Positions 30,601-39,351 of a stretch of DNA of 64,000 nt are shown one piece after another. The notes beneath the pieces are model-generated. The model did no database searches and had not been told where the DNA came from. It worked only from the letters and a program-made list of their open reading frames with translations. Position 1 is the first letter of the stretch. Each line of letters begins with the position of its first letter. The position numbers and the translations under genes are program-made. The DNA is from a virus: the IMG/VR virus record IMGVR_UViG_3300005264_000040, positions 64,001 through 128,000 of that record, one strand, 5' to 3'.

Positions 30601-32097
30601 AGTTCTTTGTTCATTACTATTTTTCAAATGTTCTTCTGCTTTTTTTAATTCTTCATCCACATTTATTTTTGACAATAAATATTTAACAGCTTCGCCTCCG
30701 CCAATTGCTTTATCTTTTGGAGATACTTTATTTACATCTACTAATTTACCATCTTTTAAGACCATTTTACCTTCCATGATTTTTCTTAAATCTTTTTGTT
30801 TTAAATCTAATAATTCAGCTATTTGTTTTTCGAATAAAGGATTTACAATAGGTTCTGCTAATTCTATTTTCCCCCATTTATCTCCTTTAAGGCCACCTAA
30901 TTTATGCGGGTCAAACAATCCACCTTTTTCTGGTAAAAGGTTGTGGCCTGCTAAAATTTTAGCGTTTTCTACTTCACCTGCGGCTAAATTATCTACATCT
31001 TTATCGGTAATAGGTCTATATTTAATCTCCTCTTTGTTTTCTTCTGAATAAATACCAGCACCAGTTAAATAGGCTCTAAATTTTTCATATGCAAAAGGAG
31101 TTTTCATGGTTGAAGGAGGGGGTACTTCCCCGTTCTCAATGGCCCTCCAGAATTCATCATTTTTCTCAGCTTTATAGGTGGCCATTTCACGCAGGTTTTC
31201 CCTTGCGTTGTGCGCTACCATCCCGTAGAATGTTAGCGCATCTAAAGAACGAGCACCCCCACCAGCACCAGTTCCTTTTAAAGGTTGTAAATCTGAATCG
31301 TAAGCCCAATATTCGCCTCTTGTATTAGTTTTCTTATCTACTTGTTGAGGAAGTTTTATAAAATATTGATATCCCACCAAAGCCGGTGTTTCCATTTCAC
31401 CTTCTCCAGGAATATATATTTTTTCCTTATCTTTAATATTATATTTTTTCATTAATTGTTTTGTATATTCTGTCATATCCTTTTCCGTATCAAACAAAGG
31501 CACTTTAATAGGATGTCCAGCTTTAACTGCAGCTTTCCCAGCTACAGTCTCTAATATCTGCGATGGATTGATACGTGAAGGCAACGAAAGAGGATTTAAA
31601 AGGACATCGATAGGTTTCCCTTTTTCATCTTTAGGCATTTCGTCATCAGGTAATATTAAAGATACAGTACCTTTATTCCCGTGTCTTCCGGTCAATTTAT
31701 CTCCAACTTGCATTGGAGATTCATATTTTACCATAACACGAATTTTATCTCCTAATCTATATACTTTTACTACTTCTCCTATTTCTTTATGTTTCCATAC
31801 GATACTTTTATCTACATAATCTCTTAAAACTTTATCTGCAAAAGCACCTAATATTTTATCATTTTCTGAAGGTACTCTTTCTCTCAAAACTACTGCAATA
31901 GGATCCCCATTTTCAAGTTTAATTCCTTTTTTTGCAATACCTTCATTATCTAATTTTTCTAGTTGGTTTGCACTATATTTAGTTGGATAATATGCTTGAT
32001 ATTTCTTTTTATCAAGAATAGTTTCTGGTGTAATTTCGATATCGTATTCTACCAAGTGTTCAGAAGTCATTTTTTTTGCTGCAGTTTCTGAAAGCAC
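27676..32097 (-). CDS. rpoBC: Phage two-barrel RNA polymerase: beta C-terminal third fused to beta'
   Basis: GDKLTGRHGNKG, NPLSLPSRIN, PVIPPKFRP, LNRAPSLH, catalytic NADFDGD, GAKGS, bridge helix EGLTPAEY..GYGARSG, trigger loop EPLAQTSMSLFH; annotated GTG start has no SD. Confidence 0.95.
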   Translation of the reverse strand: MLSETAAKKMTSEHLVEYDIEITPETILDKKKYQAYYPTKYSANQLEKLDNEGIAKKGIKLENGDPIAVVLRERVPSENDKILGAFADKVLRDYVDKSIVWKHKEIGEVVKVYRLGDKIRVMVKYESPMQVGDKLTGRHGNKGTVSLILPDDEMPKDEKGKPIDVLLNPLSLPSRINPSQILETVAGKAAVKAGHPIKVPLFDTEKDMTEYTKQLMKKYNIKDKEKIYIPGEGEMETPALVGYQYFIKLPQQVDKKTNTRGEYWAYDSDLQPLKGTGAGGGARSLDALTFYGMVAHNARENLREMATYKAEKNDEFWRAIENGEVPPPSTMKTPFAYEKFRAYLTGAGIYSEENKEEIKYRPITDKDVDNLAAGEVENAKILAGHNLLPEKGGLFDPHKLGGLKGDKWGKIELAEPIVNPLFEKQIAELLDLKQKDLRKIMEGKMVLKDGKLVDVNKVSPKDKAIGGGEAVKYLLSKINVDEELKKAEEHLKNSNEQRTLDKALRKVQMLKMLKENKLKPEDLVISKIPVIPPKFRPVYPSPTDKSDVRVSQINYVYQDLINLNQRFKEMKDNLSPKRAAKYRQKLLEAVGAVVGSNPPMKNSKQEEPAGALHYVAGAPGKSPKSGYFQSKVVKKRQELSGTGLIEPGADLELDEAGIPKPVALNLYKPFIKKELKKMGYDNKRITELLKDPNDMVWDIVQEEMKKRPIMLNRAPSLHKFSILSFKPRLIEGKAVQLNPLVVKGFNADFDGDTMGIHVPVTEEARKEAFKMLPSNNLLKPGTKQIMHLPSMEYLNGIFRVTEPPEKPGRKIMVKSYDELYDRFLNNQIKWNDTVEILGVDPRYRYSATAGRHLIMDVLLTIQDENLKREFYRKYIEPNKNSTWNKKMIQQLANELAIEKSKGRLLGEEINRIFSTWKDVGRFAITRIGLSVGIDDIKEEDDDVKKIKEEVDKINQLPYKQKIEKAMDLQKKLDKSLEDKRSKKYKENGLYNMSMSGAKGSIGQIRQIAATPLLVQDAKGKPAPIVVKRSFAEGLTPAEYLSVGYGARSGMIARKSMVSEPGALNKELLESLMTLVVADKDDDKDPGLKVNVDEKYIGRFLAQNIKGKKTEYKKGEEVTAEMIKDLKQSGITSIYIKSPLTSTLPEGIAAKSFGIDESYKLPEIGENIGIKSGQAVTEPLAQTSMSLFHSGSVVGAGNENIGDVFTQVSTLLRMPESNPNFAKLAERSGKVEKIVEKSSVYEVKIKDKIHKIPKRLGLVVKEGQFVKKGDKLSHGILPHKQLARLRGVPEAQKAMLNELNDIVYNQIDKKMNPQVTETIVRSVTDKAVVVDPGPYEHKLKTGDVVNWNYIDSLNRDSSMTVPLKDAIGHRLYDDTAHISKGTLIDEDIKEELEKAGIKKVTVYNDKIKYKNLLLGSAKQPTIADDFEHRMSFRYLRQTVPHSAMTGAKTKKHSYSPIAQWARGVTFGKGEKGKY

Positions 32098-34030
32098 TAT
32101 AGCATGCTGTTTTTAAATTTTTACCTGTTGTAAGCTGATTCTTTTTAGAATAATTACTTTCTGCCAAAACAGTTCCTGGAGATACTTTATCTCCTTTTTT
32201 GATTTTAGGAGTATGTCTAATGAAACTCGTAGGACCCGTTTTCAAATATGAGGCCATATTAAAGGTCTTAATAGTACCGTCTGGCTGTTTTACTTTGATA
32301 GAGTTTTCAGACACGTCAGAGACGACGCCAGACACATCTGAGACGATATTAGTTTCAGTTGCAAGTAATTTTCCTACATCTGTTTTTCCTTTTTGAGTAG
32401 CTTGTACTAAAGGTATCTCAGCATCTTTTAATGGGATAGCTTGTGTCATCTGTTTTGCTGCCATAGCAGCCCTACCTCCCTGCAATGATTGTAAATAAGG
32501 AATTTGCAAGGTGGTTGCATCAAATAATTGATCTACATCTGTAAAAATATGAGTTACATCTTTTCTATTTACAACATCAAGTTTTCCGTGATTTAATGCT
32601 TTTACATCATTTTCTTTTGCTATCCATTTTATGTTTTTCACTTTGCCTTTATCATCTTTTTCTATTTTAGCTTCTCCATATAATGCAATAACATATTTAT
32701 CATAGTCAATTGGTCTTACCAGTTCATAATCTTTCTTCTTAATATTATAAAGTTTAGCTGCCAAATCTTTCCCTTTTCCTTTTTTAACAACTTGAGTTTG
32801 CATAGTTTTATACAATGTTACACCTAACTTATCCGATTCAGGTGTATGAACAGGATCTACAACTCCAAATTGATAATCGTTTAAAGACCTATCCATTGTA
32901 GTAATTTGTTGTTCGTCTTCCAACCCGCCTTCACCTGTTAATATAACTTTATTATTGTGTGCTAAAACAGAGAGAGGGTTATAACCATCCACTACTTGAG
33001 ATAATGATGAAGTTTTAAAAAATTTGAATATTGTGTTTGAAAATGTTTTTTTCAAAAATTCCAAATCTTTTATAGAAGATATAGAATCAACTTTATCTTC
33101 TAACGATTTTTGTATATATTTCATTTGATTTGAAAGTTTTTCTCCTAGTATATCTTCTATTTCAACAACTTTTTTGTATTTAAAATTAGAAGTTTCTGTA
33201 GGTTCTTTTTTACCTCCAGCTAAATCTATTGCAGATTTTATTAAATCTACTATATAATCTAAAGAAACTTTTTCGTGGGGAACATCAATGTTTAATTGAT
33301 TAACTTCAGGATCCATTATAGTTCCATTGAAATAGTCTTTAATTTTATCTACCATATAAGAATGTTCCCTTTTTTCAGGGTCCTTAAATATAATCTTATA
33401 AAAAGTTTCTACTGCTTGCTGAGAAGCTGTATTCAAATCTCCTTTAACATGTTTCAATGCATCATCAACAACATCTTTTCCTAACTTCTTTTTTAAATTT
33501 TCTACGCTATATCCCATACCAATTAAGAATGGGATAGCATCCATTGTTTTTGACATAAATAATTTAATTGTGCCTTTAATTGGATTATAAATTATTTTAA
33601 AATTCAAACCTTTTTCAAGGAAAGCCCTTGCTTCGTATTCGTCTCTTGAAGTTAATTTGAGATAGGATCCAGCTTTAAGTCTTAATTGAGTTGGAACAGA
33701 ATACTGTGTTCCATCTACAATAAAAGTCCCATGAATTCCCATAATAGGAAATTCCATAAGCGTAATCGTATCTTCATCTATTATTTTATTATTCTTTTTT
33801 AATTGTAATTTTGTATTAAGTTTAGCAGTAAGACTTCTATCAGTATTAAAGATTTCTTCAAGTTCTTTATAGTCTTTATAAGCTTCAGCCATATCTATTT
33901 TATAATCAACTAAATCAATAATTTGTGTTTTACCTTTAATAGGGAAAACTTTTTTTAATAATTGTTCTGCAGTTCTGATTAAAGAATTATTGACTCTTTC
34001 AACTGTTTTTTTAAGACTATTTTCAGACAT
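32060..34030 (-). CDS. rpoB: Phage RNA polymerase beta N-terminal two-thirds (last 14 aa out of frame)
   Basis: GTFIVDG, SLSQVVDGYNPLSVLAH, TGEGGL, DPVHTPE, KQMTQAIPL, TGKNL; SD AGAAGGTGG. Confidence 0.93.
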   Translation of the reverse strand: MSENSLKKTVERVNNSLIRTAEQLLKKVFPIKGKTQIIDLVDYKIDMAEAYKDYKELEEIFNTDRSLTAKLNTKLQLKKNNKIIDEDTITLMEFPIMGIHGTFIVDGTQYSVPTQLRLKAGSYLKLTSRDEYEARAFLEKGLNFKIIYNPIKGTIKLFMSKTMDAIPFLIGMGYSVENLKKKLGKDVVDDALKHVKGDLNTASQQAVETFYKIIFKDPEKREHSYMVDKIKDYFNGTIMDPEVNQLNIDVPHEKVSLDYIVDLIKSAIDLAGGKKEPTETSNFKYKKVVEIEDILGEKLSNQMKYIQKSLEDKVDSISSIKDLEFLKKTFSNTIFKFFKTSSLSQVVDGYNPLSVLAHNNKVILTGEGGLEDEQQITTMDRSLNDYQFGVVDPVHTPESDKLGVTLYKTMQTQVVKKGKGKDLAAKLYNIKKKDYELVRPIDYDKYVIALYGEAKIEKDDKGKVKNIKWIAKENDVKALNHGKLDVVNRKDVTHIFTDVDQLFDATTLQIPYLQSLQGGRAAMAAKQMTQAIPLKDAEIPLVQATQKGKTDVGKLLATETNIVSDVSGVVSDVSENSIKVKQPDGTIKTFNMASYLKTGPTSFIRHTPKIKKGDKVSPGTVLAESNYSKKNQLTTGKNLKTACYSAFRNCSKKNDF

Positions 34031-34071
34031 AGAAAATGCACCACCTTCTTAAAATTGTTTTCTTCAATGGT

Positions 34072-34080
34072 ATTATATCA
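34072..34080 (-). promoter_or_regulatory. Extended -10 promoter TGATATAAT for RNAP gene
   Basis: 42 nt upstream of start 34030, just downstream of a terminator. Confidence 0.6.
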
Positions 34081-34088
34081 TAAAAAGG

Positions 34089-34115
34089 AAAACAGTCGCT
34101 ACGTGCGACTGTTTT
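34089..34115 (-). terminator. Intrinsic terminator
   Basis: AAAACAGTCGC-loop-GCGACTGTTTT perfect 11-bp stem. Confidence 0.8.
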
Positions 34116-34126
34116 GTTATATTGAT

Positions 34127-35026
34127 TTAATAATCATAATCCTCATATTCTTGGTATGAATTATCATAATCATTGTATTCATCATAAATTGGCTCTTCGT
34201 TCTCTACAATAGGAGCATGTTGGCCTATAGTTATATCTCTGTCTTCACCTTTATACTCCTTACCACTAGAATATGTTTCTTGGGTACCACCTACAACTTC
34301 ATCAAAGGTTGCTATTTGCGAATCTTCCACTTGTTCTAATTGTAATTCAAGGAATTCAATAGGACTTTGTTCAGATTCTTTATCGTATCTATAAAGCAAT
34401 TCAATAGCTTTTAAAGCGAGAGAAGCATTTCTAGGATCTGACATATTAGCCTTTAATTGATCTTGAATAGCTTTCATTCCAGAAGCAATTAATAATTTCA
34501 TAAAATCTTTTGGAGCAACATCAGGAATTAAACCTAAAGAAAGTTCCGCATCCATTCTTCTTCCTGTATATACTAAATTTAATTTTTCTGCATATTGTGC
34601 TCCCATATGATTAATAATATCAAGAATTTTATCCATATCAACACCAGTTGTATCCCAAAACACTTTATGAAAAGCTTCAATAGCAGGTGCAGGATAAAAA
34701 CCATAACCTGCTTGAGATATTCTAGTGGATATTTTGTCATAATCTTCAGTTCCGTCTAATTCCATACTTCCTATCAAAACTGTTCTTAAATCTTTATTTA
34801 CCAAAAATCTATAAAACAAAATATCAAAATCTGGGTCAATTGCTTCATTCCTTAACCATTTCAAAAGACGATATACCCACTCATTTGGTGGGGTCTTTTC
34901 TAATACTATTTTAAATTCGTCTTTATTTATTGTAGGCAAACTCATTTTTTTTAATTCTCTATTAATTTCATTGAAATTCATACCGTAGAGGAAAAAGCCT
35001 TGTAACATTCTTAGGTATGGCACCAT
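34127..35026 (-). CDS. Hypothetical helical protein with acidic Tyr-rich tail
   Basis: Own promoter, SD and terminator; ends YDEYNDYDNSYQEYEDYDY. Confidence 0.7.
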   Translation of the reverse strand: MVPYLRMLQGFFLYGMNFNEINRELKKMSLPTINKDEFKIVLEKTPPNEWVYRLLKWLRNEAIDPDFDILFYRFLVNKDLRTVLIGSMELDGTEDYDKISTRISQAGYGFYPAPAIEAFHKVFWDTTGVDMDKILDIINHMGAQYAEKLNLVYTGRRMDAELSLGLIPDVAPKDFMKLLIASGMKAIQDQLKANMSDPRNASLALKAIELLYRYDKESEQSPIEFLELQLEQVEDSQIATFDEVVGGTQETYSSGKEYKGEDRDITIGQHAPIVENEEPIYDEYNDYDNSYQEYEDYDY

Positions 35027-35061
35027 GTTAAAACCTCCGTTTTGACAAAACGCTCAATCCT

Positions 35062-35070
35062 ATTATATCA
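35062..35070 (-). promoter_or_regulatory. Extended -10 promoter TGATATAAT
   Basis: 36 nt upstream of start 35026. Confidence 0.6.
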
Positions 35071-35104
35071 CATGTTTTGACGTTCTTGCCAAAAATACTA
35101 AAAA

Positions 35105-35128
35105 TAAAGGCCTTTTGACAGGCCTTTA
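35105..35128 (-). terminator. Intrinsic terminator
   Basis: TAAAGGCCT-loop-AGGCCTTTA then TTTT on the minus strand. Confidence 0.7.
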
Positions 35129-37126
35129 AAGTAATCTTTTGTACCCTTTTTGTTTTAACTCTTGATAATCACGTCTATCATTAATAAAAATATATCCCAG
35201 TTCAACCATTATATGAATTTTTTCATATGGATTTTCGGAGGTTATAACTATTTTGTTTCGTTTTGAAAAGAAAGAAATCAAATTTCTTTTTAAAAATTCT
35301 TCAATGAGCTCGTCAAAATAGCCTATGAAAGCTATACTTCTTTTAGGTTCCAAACGTTCGACAAAAGGTAAATTAGTGTATATAGAATTAGTATTATTAG
35401 TTATAATAGTGAAAAGTGCTTTTTGTTCGCGAGATATTTTTGCATCTATCGTATTTGAAGCTTTGTTTTTTAAAATGAAATATGAATTTTCAATAGGAAT
35501 AATATTTGTGCTTTGAACAAAAATTCTTGTGTCTATCATAATACTTGTTTCTTCACCTAAAGCTTTAACTTGGCAATCAATAGATAAAGGTCGCATACCA
35601 TTCTCATTAACTACAATCATTCCTATATCTTTTTTTAATCTTACATAATTTGTATAATCTCTATGAATAGAATTATAAACATCAAAAGAATTTTGTTGTT
35701 TTAAAATAGGGATTGAATATCCTGAGATAAACAAAGAATCGTTTTGCGGGGATGCAATTTGGGTTTCAATCGCGTTTTGTATATAAATTTGAATTTGCGA
35801 AACATTATTTATAATTATGTTTTTTTGAACCTGCGGTGGCATTTGACTTATATTTGTATAATGAAAAATATAAACATTGGAATCATTTGCCTCTCCCATT
35901 AAATATGTTTCATCGGAATTTATAAATACACCATATGTTTGTGTTGGATTTTTTGGATACAAAGAATCAATAGAAGTATTATATAAAGGAGCTTCAAATA
36001 TTTTCATTCCTTCAGAAAGATTTAATCGTACTACTGTTAAAGTTTCAGAATTAACATCTTTTTTTATAAAAGTTAAAATATAAGCATTTCCCGTATACTC
36101 CAATTCTCCCAACGATGTATGTGTGCCAAAATGTTTTGGAAAATTCACATAATCAAAAGCATCTTCAATATGGATAGTTCTTAACAACCCTGAATATATA
36201 GTGTTGTTTTGGTACGAAATATCAATTTTATATATATATATTTTTTTATTAATAGCATCTCTTGTATATATATATAAAGTTCTATTTTCATAAACACCAA
36301 CAAAATTAGCATCAATCAATGTTCCTGTTATGTGTATGTTTTTTGAAAAATCAACTTGTCCCGTAACGGTATTAATAGCTTCAACATACCAACCATTAGC
36401 ATCAGTTCTAATTATTATATAATATTTAGGCTCAGTTCCTCCTACAGGATCAAAAAAGAAAGCTCTAATTACATAAGATATGTTAAAGTGGTTCAAAAGA
36501 GAAACGTTATTGTTACTAATTTCAAAAACATATAATTGTTGATAAAAAACAAATAAAAATTTATCTTTCAATAAATAGTTAGGAGCTCGCCAATATTGGT
36601 AATGCTTTAATACCTGAGAGGAGATTGTGTATAGACTACTTAAAGTACCGTTAAGAGGATTATCTTTAACATAATCATATTTATATAAAACACTAGAATA
36701 AGAATCACTCGTTGCAAGGATTAAAAAACTTTGATTTATATCATCATATTGTGGGGTTATATTTCGTGTAAATAATATTTTTCCATCTATTATTAAGTTA
36801 TGAAATCTTTTTGTTGTAGGGTTTGTAGGATATATAAATTCATTCGCAATACCATCTGTTGTTATAAAAAAACCATTTGAAGATAAGTTTGTTAAATACA
36901 ATGCGTTATGATCTTTATCATACAAAAAACTATATTTTGGATCAAACGGAAATACAGTAGAGGAATTAAAGGCAATTCCATATATACTATGGAATTGCTT
37001 GGCATAATAAAAAGGAGGATAATCTCTCAATGCATCTGCATAATAAGAAGATAAAGATTGATAACCTGTAAACGAATAATAATCATTAATATTGAATAAA
37101 TATAAATATTTTGACAAAACAGCCAT
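35126..37126 (-). CDS. Fibre-like (propeller-like) virion protein, shared C-terminal module
   Basis: C-terminal LEPKRSIAFIG...NPYEKIHI...FINDRRDYQE. Confidence 0.6.
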   Translation of the reverse strand: MAVLSKYLYLFNINDYYSFTGYQSLSSYYADALRDYPPFYYAKQFHSIYGIAFNSSTVFPFDPKYSFLYDKDHNALYLTNLSSNGFFITTDGIANEFIYPTNPTTKRFHNLIIDGKILFTRNITPQYDDINQSFLILATSDSYSSVLYKYDYVKDNPLNGTLSSLYTISSQVLKHYQYWRAPNYLLKDKFLFVFYQQLYVFEISNNNVSLLNHFNISYVIRAFFFDPVGGTEPKYYIIIRTDANGWYVEAINTVTGQVDFSKNIHITGTLIDANFVGVYENRTLYIYTRDAINKKIYIYKIDISYQNNTIYSGLLRTIHIEDAFDYVNFPKHFGTHTSLGELEYTGNAYILTFIKKDVNSETLTVVRLNLSEGMKIFEAPLYNTSIDSLYPKNPTQTYGVFINSDETYLMGEANDSNVYIFHYTNISQMPPQVQKNIIINNVSQIQIYIQNAIETQIASPQNDSLFISGYSIPILKQQNSFDVYNSIHRDYTNYVRLKKDIGMIVVNENGMRPLSIDCQVKALGEETSIMIDTRIFVQSTNIIPIENSYFILKNKASNTIDAKISREQKALFTIITNNTNSIYTNLPFVERLEPKRSIAFIGYFDELIEEFLKRNLISFFSKRNKIVITSENPYEKIHIMVELGYIFINDRRDYQELKQKGYKRLL

Positions 37127-37142
37127 ATTATTACACCTCTTT

Positions 37143-38609
37143 TTATTCTATTTTTATATAAAGTTTTGAATACGGATCTGAATCGTTCTTTATTATTCTT
37201 CCATCGATTTTAAAGTAACTTACAAGATTTCTTTCTAAAAGAGCATAAGCAACTTTTTCTTGCCTCCCGGAAAGTGTAATTGTAGTATTAGATTCAATTT
37301 CATTTAAGATAGGAATGTTTTTATAAATAACATTTCTGTTATTTATAATAATGGTTTGATAATCATGTTTTTGTTTTAAATTTAAGTCTTCAACATTAAT
37401 ATCAGTTCTTATTCCATTTTGTATATTTTTTAAATGATATACAAAATTTTTATAAACTTCATTTACTGTTTCTCTTATTTGCAAAATTAATTCGTTTTCG
37501 TTTATAAACTTCGAAAATGAAAGAACTACATTTTTCCCCATTGAAACAGGCAAAACACTGATTTTTATTTCTTTTGTAGAAAAATCTATTATATATACAT
37601 GAAGTTGTTTTAATTTTATGTTGTATTTCAAAGCTAAAAGTTTTTTATTAGTTGGATTATAATAAAAGTCTTCTATAAAATCAGGATAAAAATTAGTTTT
37701 AGGTATTGGGTACATTTCTATTACAGTATTAGTTGTTTTATTTATATTCCAAAAGCAATATTCTGAAACTAAAATATTATTGGATACTATTTTCCCTTCA
37801 GTAATTAAATATAAATTAGAACCTTCTTCTTTAAAATTAACTACTTCTGAAATATCTATCTTATAATTTTGATAAACTTTTGGCACAATATTTGTTTGGT
37901 TAGTACCATTTTGTACTTTCCCTTTTTTTGTCAAATAGCGATTTTCTGACAATCTGTATATTATTTTGTCATCAACAAAAGTATTATTGGTTAAATCACT
38001 ATATCCATATACTACATTATTTTTATAATCTTTCAGCATATTCTTTTTATTTATTATTCTATAACGCAGTTTATCCTTGTATATCATAGTTTCTTTTTGA
38101 ATTACACTTGAATAAAATAGATAAGGTTCTATAAAAGGCAAAAAGAAGATTTTTCCTTTTGTGTTTTTGTATGTTGGATCTAATCCGAATCCTCTTACAA
38201 TACTTGTGATATCGACTTGAGAAGAATCATTAGGATTAACTAACACAACTTTATTTTCTTCTAAAATATTAGAATTTTTTGTATATACTATTTTTATTTC
38301 AGAATTATAATTTATAACACCACTCGGAATTAAATCATCGAAAGGTTGAAAAGTTTTTACTACATCACATGTATTAGGATCTAATTCAAAGATAAGAGAT
38401 TCACCTCTAATGTAATTTGTTCCTTTTACCTCATAGTAATTTCGAGAACTAGAAGGCAAAGTTGTTGTATTTACAACAAGATTGGAGCTAGTATCATATT
38501 TAATGATTTTATTGTCATAAAAAATACAAATTAGATTACCATTCATTTTCACCGCAATATTTTTTTCGGGTATTGTATTTTGAATTATTATATTACTTAA
38601 AACACTCAT
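37143..38609 (-). CDS. Fibre-like (propeller-like) virion protein, shortened shared C-terminal module
   Basis: IYKNIPILNEIESNTTITLSG...LERNLVSYF...DPYSKLYIKIE parallels 35126..37126. Confidence 0.6.
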   Translation of the reverse strand: MSVLSNIIIQNTIPEKNIAVKMNGNLICIFYDNKIIKYDTSSNLVVNTTTLPSSSRNYYEVKGTNYIRGESLIFELDPNTCDVVKTFQPFDDLIPSGVINYNSEIKIVYTKNSNILEENKVVLVNPNDSSQVDITSIVRGFGLDPTYKNTKGKIFFLPFIEPYLFYSSVIQKETMIYKDKLRYRIINKKNMLKDYKNNVVYGYSDLTNNTFVDDKIIYRLSENRYLTKKGKVQNGTNQTNIVPKVYQNYKIDISEVVNFKEEGSNLYLITEGKIVSNNILVSEYCFWNINKTTNTVIEMYPIPKTNFYPDFIEDFYYNPTNKKLLALKYNIKLKQLHVYIIDFSTKEIKISVLPVSMGKNVVLSFSKFINENELILQIRETVNEVYKNFVYHLKNIQNGIRTDINVEDLNLKQKHDYQTIIINNRNVIYKNIPILNEIESNTTITLSGRQEKVAYALLERNLVSYFKIDGRIIKNDSDPYSKLYIKIE

Positions 38610-38638
38610 ATTTAATTCCTCCCTTCATCATTTATTTT

Positions 38639-38647
38639 ATTATAACA
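38639..38647 (-). promoter_or_regulatory. Extended -10 promoter TGTTATAAT (leftward of divergent pair)
   Basis: 30 nt upstream of start 38609. Confidence 0.6.
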
Positions 38648-38668
38648 GAAAAAAAAAGAAAATTGCTA

Positions 38669-38697
38669 TTGGAAGAAGTCTCAAATTATGTTATAAT
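38669..38697 (+). promoter_or_regulatory. sigma70-type promoter TTGGAA-N17-TATAAT with extended TG
   Basis: Directly upstream of tmk. Confidence 0.65.
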
Positions 38698-38709
38698 TAT
38701 AATGAATAA

Positions 38710-39351
38710 TTGAAAGGGGGGTACGTTGTGAAATTCATTGTTTTTGAAGGAATAGACGGCTCAGGCAAAAGTACTTTGTTAAATAAATTAGCAGAACATT
38801 TGACAACGAAAGGTTTTGATGTGGAGAAAATACAAAATCCTGGAACTTTCGAAATTAGTCAAGATATTAGAATGATTCTTGAAAAATATCCACGACTAGA
38901 AGAACAAGAAAAATTTTTATTATTCGCAACTAATCATTATTTAGTTTCAAAATATATTGCAGCTTTCCTTGATAATAAAAAGAAAATATTTCTTATGGAT
39001 AGATATATTTTCTCTACTTTTGTATATCAAAAAAACGAAACAAATGGTCTCACAATTGAATATATGAAATATGTATTCAAATACTTACCAATTATGCCTA
39101 CTTTAACAATTGTTGCGAAGGTGCATCCTCTCATTGCAAAAGAAAGAATACTTCAAAGATCTGAAAAGACTACTTTGGATGAGCATGCACTGAATAGACT
39201 TTTTGAACTGTATGACAGGTATGAAGAACTTCCTACTATTTTCCCAAATCAAAAATTTGAATTTATAAGTACAGCTAAAAGTGAAGAAGAAAGTTTTGAA
39301 AAACTGTTAGAAAAAGTAAAGCCTATTTTAGGTGATTTATATGTGGAATGA
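38710..39351 (+). CDS. tmk: Thymidylate kinase
   Basis: IVFEGIDGSGKST P-loop, DRY..ST..YQ motif. Confidence 0.92.
   Translation: MKGGYVVKFIVFEGIDGSGKSTLLNKLAEHLTTKGFDVEKIQNPGTFEISQDIRMILEKYPRLEEQEKFLLFATNHYLVSKYIAAFLDNKKKIFLMDRYIFSTFVYQKNETNGLTIEYMKYVFKYLPIMPTLTIVAKVHPLIAKERILQRSEKTTLDEHALNRLFELYDRYEELPTIFPNQKFEFISTAKSEEESFEKLLEKVKPILGDLYVE

Noticed and set aside
13782-34030. Inteins or self-splicing introns in terL or RNAP
   Set aside because: Motif spacing is compact, no intein or homing-endonuclease signature; the RNAP break is a loss, not an insertion
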